The notes below the pieces were generated by a model that did no database searches, was not told the DNA's origin, and was given only the letters and a program-made list of their open reading frames with translations. Below, piece by piece: positions 51,721 to 58,926 of a stretch of DNA of 64,000 nucleotides. The position numbers were made by a program, and so were the translations under genes. Source of the stretch: a virus; the IMG/VR virus record IMGVR_UViG_3300021405_000009, positions 34,240 to 98,239 of that record, one strand, 5' to 3'. The first letter of the stretch is position 1, and each line of letters opens with the position of its first letter.

Positions 51721-53313
51721 ATGCGATATCTCATTCACCGCGCAGTAGCGATCGGTAACCCGCCCCAGAGTCAGCCGCTGAACGACCGTCAGTCGAAAAA
51801 CAGCGCTGGCGGTTACAGTTTCACTCTGGATAAGTGGGGCAAGCTCGACCGTTTTCTCATCCTAGGCAGCGAAGGTGGCAGTTACTATGCCAGCGAGCAG
51901 AAGCTTACCGAGGAGAATGCCACCAATCTGGCAGCGTGTGTGAAGGAAGATGGCATTAAGGTGGTCAAGCGCATCGTCGAGATCAGCGATGCGGGCCGGG
52001 CTCCGAAGAACGACCCGGCGCTGTTCGCTCTGGCTTACGCCTCGGCGAAGGGCGACGACGACACGCGTAGTGCGGCTCTGGCTGCACTGCCCAAGGTCGC
52101 ACGCATCGGCACGCATCTGTTCCACTTCACCGCCTTCGTCAACACCATGCGAGGCTGGGGCCGTGGACTGCGGAAGGCCGTAGGTAACTGGTATGCCCAA
52201 GCTGGCGAAGAAGATTGGGATCGCCTGGCCGAGCAGGTCACAAAGTACCAACAGCGTGAGGGCTGGAGCCACCGCGATCTACTGCGCCTGGCGCACCCCA
52301 AGCCGACCTGCCGTCCGCACCAGGCAATCGCTAAGTGGGTAGTCAAGGGCGGAGAGTTGAACCAGACCGCGCCCGAGAAGTTGGTGGGCCACGTTGAACT
52401 GCAAGAGGCCACGACGCCGAAGCAGGCCGTGAAGCTCATCACCAAGTACGGGCTCGTGCGCGAGTCCGTGCCCACTGAACTGCTGAAGTCTCCTGAGGTA
52501 TGGGAGGCCCTGCTCGCGCGGATGCCCATGACGGCGATGATTCGCAACCTGGGCAACCTGTCGAAGTGCGGGTTGCTGACTCCATTGAGCGAAGCCTCGA
52601 AGATGGTAGTCGAGCGGCTGAGCGAGGAAGCGCTGCTGAAGAAGGCGCGCGTACATCCGATTCAACTCTTGATCGCGCAAAAGACTTACGGCTCCGGCCA
52701 TGGCAACAAAGGCAAAGGCGAATGGACGCCCGTGCCCCAGGTAGTTGACGCATTAGACGGCGCTTTCTACTCAGCCTTCCAGAACATTATCCCGTCAGGC
52801 AAGCGCTTCTACCTGGGGCTCGATGTGTCGGGCTCGATGTCCTGCGGCGAAGTAGCCGGAGTCAACGACTTCACGCCTCGCGAGGCATCGTCCGCCATGG
52901 CCATGGTCACGGCGCGCAGCGAGCAGAACTACTACGTCGCTGGCTTCCAGGAGCGCATGATCCAGCTCATGATTACGCCGAAGTCGCGGCTCGATCAGAT
53001 CTGCTCTGCTACGGCGAAGCTGCCGTTCGGCTCTACCGATTGCGCCCAGCCCATGCTGGACGCGCTGGCAAAGAAGTTGCCGGTGGACGTGTTCGCGATC
53101 TACACCGACTCCGAGACCTGGAGTGGAACAACGCACCCAACCGTGGCCCTGGAGCGCTACCGCCAGCAGACTGGCATCCCGGCGAAGTTGATTGTCGTCG
53201 GCATGGTGGCCAATCCGTTCACGATCGCCGATCCGAACGATGCTGGCATGTTGGACGTGGTCGGATTCGATTCAGCGACGCCGCAGATCATCTCACAGTT
53301 CGCGGAGGCGTAG
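51721..53313 (+). CDS. rsr: Ro60/Rsr TROVE-domain RNA-binding protein
   Basis: NSAGGY, RFLILGSEGGSYY, GRAPKNDPALFAL, GWGRGLRKAV, KYQQREGWSHRDLLRLAHP, MPMTAMIRNL, RVHP, vWA DVSGSM, TDSETW, DAGMLDVVGFD. Confidence 0.95.
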   Translation: MRYLIHRAVAIGNPPQSQPLNDRQSKNSAGGYSFTLDKWGKLDRFLILGSEGGSYYASEQKLTEENATNLAACVKEDGIKVVKRIVEISDAGRAPKNDPALFALAYASAKGDDDTRSAALAALPKVARIGTHLFHFTAFVNTMRGWGRGLRKAVGNWYAQAGEEDWDRLAEQVTKYQQREGWSHRDLLRLAHPKPTCRPHQAIAKWVVKGGELNQTAPEKLVGHVELQEATTPKQAVKLITKYGLVRESVPTELLKSPEVWEALLARMPMTAMIRNLGNLSKCGLLTPLSEASKMVVERLSEEALLKKARVHPIQLLIAQKTYGSGHGNKGKGEWTPVPQVVDALDGAFYSAFQNIIPSGKRFYLGLDVSGSMSCGEVAGVNDFTPREASSAMAMVTARSEQNYYVAGFQERMIQLMITPKSRLDQICSATAKLPFGSTDCAQPMLDALAKKLPVDVFAIYTDSETWSGTTHPTVALERYRQQTGIPAKLIVVGMVANPFTIADPNDAGMLDVVGFDSATPQIISQFAEA

Positions 53314-53523
53314 ATGCAGGTGCAGATCCCGCAGGTCACGCTCGAAGACACCAAGGGGTTCGCCGAGGCGTGGAATAAGTCGAGGCCCATCGTGGTGATC
53401 TTCGATCCGCACGACCTGGCGTTCGCCCAAGCATTCGCGAACTTCGCAGTGCAACGAGTTTTCGCTGGCCTCATCGCGCAACAGGAAGCAGAAGCGAAGA
53501 GGCTGACGGTTGTGGAACCATAG
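53314..53523 (+). CDS. Small hypothetical protein between Ro60 and the RNA array
   Basis: ATG abuts the Ro60 stop; 69 aa. Confidence 0.55.
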   Translation: MQVQIPQVTLEDTKGFAEAWNKSRPIVVIFDPHDLAFAQAFANFAVQRVFAGLIAQQEAEAKRLTVVEP

Positions 53524-53578
53524 CTCCAGTACGAGAGGAGAACAACTATAGGAATACGCACAGGCTAACACACGCAAC

Positions 53579-53648
53579 TGACGGGCCGATAGCAGATCGT
53601 TATCATATGCTTGAAAAACAATTACGGTCTGCGACAACTTGTCCGTCA
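53579..53648 (+). ncRNA. Y-RNA-like unit A (short)
   Basis: TGACG-GGCCGAT-A-GCAGATC-GTTATC-loop-CGGTCTGC-GACAA-CTTGTC-CGTCA. Confidence 0.75.
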
Positions 53649-53657
53649 CCTACTTAC

Positions 53658-53729
53658 ACCGTTGGGCCGCAGTTGGTTCGTTACCTACATTGATTGGAAT
53701 ATACGGACCGACACATTTTGTCTAACGGT
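53658..53729 (+). ncRNA. Y-RNA-like unit B (short)
   Basis: ACCGTTG-GGCCGCA-GTTGGTTC-GTTACC-loop-CGGACCGAC-ACAT-TTTGTC-TAACGGT. Confidence 0.7.
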
Positions 53730-53737
53730 AAATATAT

Positions 53738-53878
53738 GCGAGGGCCGAAGAGAATTGGTTATCCTCCACCTAAGCCGTACCGGGGGAGTAGCTCAATGGT
53801 AGAGCGCCGGACCTGATCAATCCGGAGGTTGCTGGTTCAAGTCCAGTCTCCATACCGATTCTCGTACCTTGTCTTCGC
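53738..53878 (+). ncRNA. Y-RNA-like unit C enclosing a non-permuted tRNA-like fold
   Basis: GCGAG-GGCCGAA-GAGAATTG-GTTATC...[D arm GCTC/GAGC, anticodon arm CCGGA/TCCGG, T arm GCTGG TTCAAGT CCAGT]...CCGATTCTC-GTAC-CTTGTC-TTCGC. Confidence 0.85.
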
Positions 53879-53887
53879 TTCATTTCT

Positions 53888-53952
53888 GCGAGGGTCGAAG
53901 TCGGTCTGTTATCACAATGCAAACAGAGACGGACCGCGTAACTTATCTTCGC
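53888..53952 (+). ncRNA. Y-RNA-like unit D (short)
   Basis: GCGAG-GGTCGAA-GTCGGTCT-GTTATC-loop-CGGACCGC-GTAA-CTTATC-TTCGC. Confidence 0.8.
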
Positions 53953-53971
53953 TTCATGTTTCACTTGTAAG

Positions 53972-54110
53972 TGCGAGGGCCGAAGCTAGCTGGTTATCTT
54001 GGAACTCTATGTCGTTGGTTCGATTCCAACCGTCCTGGTTCTCCAGGCGTAGTTCAGTGGTAGAACAAGAGTGGCGAAAGCCATTTCCGGCTACATCACT
54101 TGTCTTCGCA
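53972..54110 (+). ncRNA. YrlA-type Y RNA unit E (circularly permuted tRNA mimic)
   Basis: Scaffold plus ACTCT..T arm GTTGG TTCGATT CCAAC, closed acceptor CCTGG-ttct-CCAGG, D arm GTTC AGTGGTA GAAC, AGAGT, and an extra TGGC-GAAA-GCCA hairpin. Confidence 0.9.
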
Positions 54111-54158
54111 TGAAATCCCTGGCCGGGTACTATCTGAGGCATCCGGCCAGTAAAACAG

Positions 54159-54303
54159 AAAGAGAGCGGGCCGAAAGCTGGTTGGTTATCTACTGCTAAT
54201 AGAGAGGTCGCGGGTTCGAGTCCCGCTGGCACCTTCGGGTGCTATAGCTCAGTTGGCTAGAGCGCTAAAACACCGATTGGCATAGAACTTGTCCGCTCTC
54301 TTT
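54159..54303 (+). ncRNA. YrlA-type Y RNA unit F (permuted tRNA mimic retaining an anticodon hairpin)
   Basis: AAAGAGAGCG-GGCCGAA..GTTATC; TCTA CTGCTAA TAGA; T arm GCGGG TTCGAGT CCCGC; acceptor TGGCACC TTCG GGTGCTA; D arm GCTC AGTTGGCTA GAGC; CTTGTC-CGCTCTCTTT followed by a T-tract. Confidence 0.9.
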
Positions 54304-54342
54304 TTATTTTACCTCTAACGGTCAGCGTCAGGTGTTTCTCTT

Positions 54343-55158
54343 ATGCCAACTCTCTGCTTTGTCGGCGACGTGCATGGAAACTTAACGCAGATGTACGCCG
54401 CTCTGATGGCGTGGATGGAGCGTAGTTACACTAAGATCGATGCCGTCGTTCAGGTTGGCGATCTCGGCGTATACCGCCGTGGTACCACCTGGTCTTCCAT
54501 GTTCTTCAAGGGCGTGCCCTCGCCGATCCCGACCTGGGCCTGCATGGGCAACCATGAAGATCCGCTCGCGATCCGCGACTGGCAGAACGAGCCCGACCGA
54601 ATTCCTAACATGCACCTGATGCCGGATGGCGAGATCACCAGCGTTCTCGGCGTCCAGATCGGCGTTGTGTGGGGCAACTACAGCCCGATTAGTTGGCTTG
54701 ATCCTGGCCGTGTACACAAGGCGCGCGCTGTGGGCGGCGAGTCCGCGCGGATCGCTATGCACATCGACCACGCTGCTGTTACCCGCCTGATGGATTTATA
54801 CCAGCGCTGCGGCGATCACATGGATGTGCTAGTCACGCATGACTCTGCGGCGTCCACACTGCCGGTACAGTTTCGCGGCAAGGGCATGGACTCCTTCATC
54901 AAAGGGCAGCTCGGCCTTACTGATAACGAAGAGTCTGGCGGCTGCCACGGCTTCAACTCGCTGCTCAAGGCATTTCAGCCCGATGAATATTTCTTTGGCC
55001 ACCTGCACTGTTATGACGAAGGCATGATTGGCCGCACGCATTACACCTGCCTGAACGCGATCGGCTACGAAGGTGGCCCGTGGTTCAAGGTGATGGAGTT
55101 CCCAGACGTGGCGGGGCCGCTGTCTGGGGGTATCAACATTCTCGGGGGAGGTTCTTAA
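54343..55158 (+). CDS. Calcineurin-like metallophosphoesterase
   Basis: GDVHG, VGDLG, GNHE, THD, GHLH motifs. Confidence 0.9.
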   Translation: MPTLCFVGDVHGNLTQMYAALMAWMERSYTKIDAVVQVGDLGVYRRGTTWSSMFFKGVPSPIPTWACMGNHEDPLAIRDWQNEPDRIPNMHLMPDGEITSVLGVQIGVVWGNYSPISWLDPGRVHKARAVGGESARIAMHIDHAAVTRLMDLYQRCGDHMDVLVTHDSAASTLPVQFRGKGMDSFIKGQLGLTDNEESGGCHGFNSLLKAFQPDEYFFGHLHCYDEGMIGRTHYTCLNAIGYEGGPWFKVMEFPDVAGPLSGGINILGGGS

Positions 55159-55390
55159 TGTTCAACGAAGTGCAGAGAATCATTGAACTCGATTACGAAG
55201 ATGCCAAGGTCGCAGACCGGCTGCACAGTAAACAGGAAACGTGCTGGGAGGAGTACAGTCGCGCGACTAAAGAGTACGGCGCGCAACTCGAACTATTCTA
55301 CAGGAAGCACTGCCCGTTCAAGCCTGGCGACCGAGTCGATCCGGAACTCAGCTTCAAAGATGGCTATCTCGTAGTTCTTCGGAGCTAACC

Positions 55391-55783
55391 ATGACCCAAG
55401 TCTTTATCAGTGCAGCGTGGAGCAGGCGCGAGGAAGCTCGCAAGTTGGCCGAAGAGATAGAGCATGATGGCGGAGCTTTCGTCAGGGCCGACTGGCTCTA
55501 CTGCGATAAACCGCCGATAGACTCGATCTATCAGGACCTCCGCGACCTCAAGAGTTGCGACGTATTTGTCCGCTTGGCGGACGATCTATCCGAGCCTACT
55601 GTGCCGTCGCATCTGGCCACCGGCGCTCGCATGTTCGAGCAGGGCATCGCGTGGGGCATGGGCGCAGAGATCATCGTAGTTGGTGGTAAGCAAATGTTGT
55701 ACGACCACATGCGGAGCGTGCAGCACGTGAAGAACACTTTGGAACTCAGGAGCGTGTTATGCCCGATCCCCACGCTGCAGTAG
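55391..55783 (+). CDS. Nucleoside 2-deoxyribosyltransferase-like / nucleotide N-glycosidase
   Basis: VFISA...DLRDLKSCDVFV...GARMFEQGIAWGMGAEIIVVG. Confidence 0.7.
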   Translation: MTQVFISAAWSRREEARKLAEEIEHDGGAFVRADWLYCDKPPIDSIYQDLRDLKSCDVFVRLADDLSEPTVPSHLATGARMFEQGIAWGMGAEIIVVGGKQMLYDHMRSVQHVKNTLELRSVLCPIPTLQ

Positions 55784-56217
55784 CGCCAGTCCTTAAGGAC
55801 TCCGGACAGCGCGAAGAGTTTGCCACGGGCTCGGTGCGCGATAAGCAGAAGGGCAAGGGCGCACTTGACCTGGTGCCAGACTGGGTGATCTGGGTTGTGT
55901 CCCGCGTGTACGAGGAAGGCGCGCACAAGTACGCCGCCCGTAACTGGGAAATGGGACAGCCGCTTTCGCAGTACATCAAGAGCGCCGGGAATCATTTGGC
56001 GAAGTTGAAGGCCGGAATGCGTGACGAGCCGCACGCCTCACAGGTGATCTGGAACATGATCGGCTACATCTTCACCGCGTGGCTGGTAAAGACTGGCAAG
56101 CGCCCGAAGGAGTTGAGCGACATGCCTGACCAGTTCAACGCGAAGCCGGGCACGATCGCCGAGCCGCTGTCGCCGTTCGAGTACGAGAGCCTGGAAGTGT
56201 TCACCAAGGGGGCGTGA
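55759..56217 (+). CDS. DUF5664-like dATP/dGTP diphosphohydrolase domain protein
   Basis: KDSGQREEFATGSVRD...KGALDLVP...GAHKYAARNWEMG...HL...DEPH...WN. Confidence 0.75.
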   Translation: MPDPHAAVAPVLKDSGQREEFATGSVRDKQKGKGALDLVPDWVIWVVSRVYEEGAHKYAARNWEMGQPLSQYIKSAGNHLAKLKAGMRDEPHASQVIWNMIGYIFTAWLVKTGKRPKELSDMPDQFNAKPGTIAEPLSPFEYESLEVFTKGA

Positions 56218-56429
56218 TGGATGAAGCCGTAACCTGTGAGCGACTGACCAACGCCAAGCGCGAAGGCGTGAAACATTACCCGCACAAGTGCGGTCTGCCA
56301 GCCGTCCGGTACCGGGTAACAGGTACCGCGTTCCTGGCCTACGCCGTGCTCTGCAACCGGTGCAGGGGGTTGGCGGCAAAGGAAGGTTACATCCTGGAGG
56401 TTGCGCCCCTGCTGTGAGGAGGCCGCGAC

Positions 56430-56915
56430 ATGGCTGGCCAAAGATCACCGCAGCGCGCAAGGCTGATTGCGCCCGGTTGCTGCGATTGTTGGGACTGTGG
56501 CCCGGCACCATGGTCATACGCGTATCCAGACGACGGAGACGAAGACGGAGACGAAGAGATGAAAGACATCGACCAGTACGCGGAGTTCACCGAAAAGATG
56601 TGGTTCTCGGGCGCGCTGCCGGAAGGCGCTGAGAATTGCATCATCCCTGTCGGCCCTGGTCGCGACCTTGCGATCATGTGCTTCGGCCTGGCCGGTGAGA
56701 CCGGCGAAGTGATGGAGCACATCAAGAAGCTGGTACGCGACTGCCATCTCGATAGAGCCGCGCTGAAGAAAGAGTTGGGGGACGCCGCGTTCTACTGGGC
56801 GCGCATCTGCAAGTTCTTCGGGATGCTCCCATCGGACGTGTTGGCCACCAATGTAGAGAAGCTGGAATCACGCCATGCTCGCGGCAAGATGAGAGGCGAC
56901 GGCGATGATCGTTGA
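56430..56915 (+). CDS. MazG-like nucleotide pyrophosphohydrolase (possible start at 56559)
   Basis: GLAGETGEVMEHIKK...KKELGD...NVEKLESR..RG...GDGDDR. Confidence 0.8.
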   Translation: MAGQRSPQRARLIAPGCCDCWDCGPAPWSYAYPDDGDEDGDEEMKDIDQYAEFTEKMWFSGALPEGAENCIIPVGPGRDLAIMCFGLAGETGEVMEHIKKLVRDCHLDRAALKKELGDAAFYWARICKFFGMLPSDVLATNVEKLESRHARGKMRGDGDDR

Positions 56916-58319
56916 GATCACGGTCCGCAGTAAAGACGGCACAGTAATCTCGCAGCACATACAAGACGCGCTGCAGCCCTGTGAGTGGAAGACACATCCC
57001 GATCACCCGGAGCGCGAGGGCGATTACCAGTACTTCGGTTTCACTTACCAGCCGCGTGTCCGGCTCAACTCAAAGGCGGGCGGATTTTGAATTTCAGTGA
57101 TGCGGAGCTTGAGAAGCTAGCGAAGATAATGCGGGAGTGGCTGCAGCTTTACTATGTCCGCAGGATGCAGTTCACTGCCGCTGCTGCGAAGAAAAAAACG
57201 CAGGACGACTGCCCGCACCTACAGGGCTGCCTGGGACCGGGACCCTGGGGTCCACGCACCTGCATCATCTGGCACACGTTTGAAGATGACATTAAACATC
57301 CGGTCGGGATCTGTAATAGCTGCCAGCGTATCTGGCGATACACCGACTCCGACTACGCCGAGTGGTTCAGGAAGCCGAGTTGCAACACGCCATCTACTGG
57401 CGGGCTGCCCGTGGCACCGAGCACTTATCCGGTGGGCACCACTGGAGCTTCCTCGATGGTGCGTGAGGTCGTCATCACCAATGGCGAGCTGGCCATGAAC
57501 CCGCCGGTCGAGCCGCCGATCGCTGGTTCACTGAAGGATTTCGTCAAACACCATGAGCGGTCGTATCTGGAATTGAAGGAGGAGCGCTATGAAGACAACT
57601 GTGGAGACGCAGTCCGGATCGATCTATGAGTTAGACAACGTGAAGATGACCTGGCGGCGCTCGTTCGAGAACACGGGGCTGTCCGGCGTGCTGCGCAGTG
57701 ATGGCGGTGAGATGTCAAGTTTTCCTGCAATAAAACTTGACAAGCCGATGGTCATCCAGTGTCCGCCGATCGTGAGCCATGCCATCGGCCGCGCCATCGT
57801 CACGACACCAGTAGTCCAGATTTCACATGAGGCCACGGGCTTCGCGAACGGCGCGCCGAACTCCAGCGGCCGAACGACCTATGGCTTCATGGCAGGATTG
57901 GCGGCGGGTGGGAAGCGAGCGGTTGACCAGGCGGGAAGAGGATGCGCTGCCAGAAACGCCCGCATCCGGGCGTCATGCAATGGCGAACCCGCAACAACGG
58001 ACGAGGCTAAGGCCGCCGCCAATGTAGTTAAAGACTGCACCCGGCCTCTGCCTCATGTCTGTAAACAGAACGGGCCATGCAATGGATGGCCGAGACCTGA
58101 CCGCTTCAATGTCGATGCCATCATGAGGAATGGTGAAGAGTACTGCCCAGACAGCCATGGCGGCAAGTATGACGGCTGTTCGACTTCAGCTATCGGGTCC
58201 AACCGGACACCGCGCGTCACAAGTGAACAAGCGGATGGCTGCGACCACCCCAAGAGCGTTGGATGTGATGGCTGGATTTGCGTCCGTTTCTACCGTCCTT
58301 AAAACACGGCCGCAAACAA

Positions 58320-58363
58320 GAACGCCCCACTCGACAGAGATGTCAGGTGGGGCGTTCGCTTTT
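58320..58363. terminator. Terminator at the convergence of the plus- and minus-strand modules
   Basis: GAACGCCCCAC...GTGGGGCGTTC-GCTTTT. Confidence 0.7.
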
Positions 58364-58377
58364 ACTGGTGTTGTTTG

Positions 58378-58923
58378 TTACGGCGTAAGGCTGATGACGC
58401 TGACGATGTTCTGCGTCTGCGGGTACGAGGCCACGGTCATCGTGTGCTGGCTGGCCCAGGCCATGGTGCCATCGTGCGCGTGCAGGGTGAGTTCGTAATA
58501 CGAACCTGCCAGCACGCCGCCGTCGTTCGGCGAGACCGTGGTCCCGCCAATCACGCTGCCGTCCTCGTCGAGATAGATCTTCGACGTGCCTGCGATCGCG
58601 CCATTCATAATAAGGTTGGCGGTAAGATACCCGTAGGCGATACGGTTGCCCTCGAAGTCCTGGAAGTCTCCGCCCGTCAGGGTTACCGGCAGACCCAGGA
58701 TCTTGCCGGTCTCCAGGATCAGGTAACACTGGTTGGCTTGCAGCAGATGATGGGGAACGATCCCAGGGCTGATCTCGGTGAGCAGGTTGGCCTGCTCGAC
58801 GCGTAAATGTCCTGCGCCGGGTGGCACGTGGACTTCAATGACCAGCGCCGCCTGGTGGGCTCGTACCCCAACACTGAGTTGGGTTTCGGCCAGCAGTGGA
58901 GCTTGCTCGACCCGCAACGCCAT
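58378..58923 (-). CDS. Putative virion/tail-associated protein
   Basis: Beta-rich 181 aa; last gene of the minus-strand structural block. Confidence 0.5.
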   Translation of the reverse strand: MALRVEQAPLLAETQLSVGVRAHQAALVIEVHVPPGAGHLRVEQANLLTEISPGIVPHHLLQANQCYLILETGKILGLPVTLTGGDFQDFEGNRIAYGYLTANLIMNGAIAGTSKIYLDEDGSVIGGTTVSPNDGGVLAGSYYELTLHAHDGTMAWASQHTMTVASYPQTQNIVSVISLTP

Positions 58924-58926
58924 GGT

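Noticed and set aside
53782-53856. Functional tRNA-Ile gene
   Set aside because: Acceptor stem only partly paired, 9-nt anticodon loop, no CCA, and enclosed in the Y-RNA stems
53611-54232. ORFs 53611-53802, 53770-53964, 53829-54113 and 53954-54232
   Set aside because: They overlap structured RNAs and translate into typical tRNA-shadow peptides (GLEPAT, VRFQP); no RBS
53579-54303. CRISPR array interpretation of the repeated GCGAGGGCCGAAG / CTTGTCTTCGC motifs
   Set aside because: Repeats are non-identical paired halves of stems, unit lengths vary from 65 to 145 nt, and no cas genes are present; the Y-RNA scaffold explains them
55759-56915. Z-genome (2-aminoadenine) pathway
   Set aside because: No PurZ or phage DNA polymerase recognised in the window; the hydrolases alone are insufficient evidence
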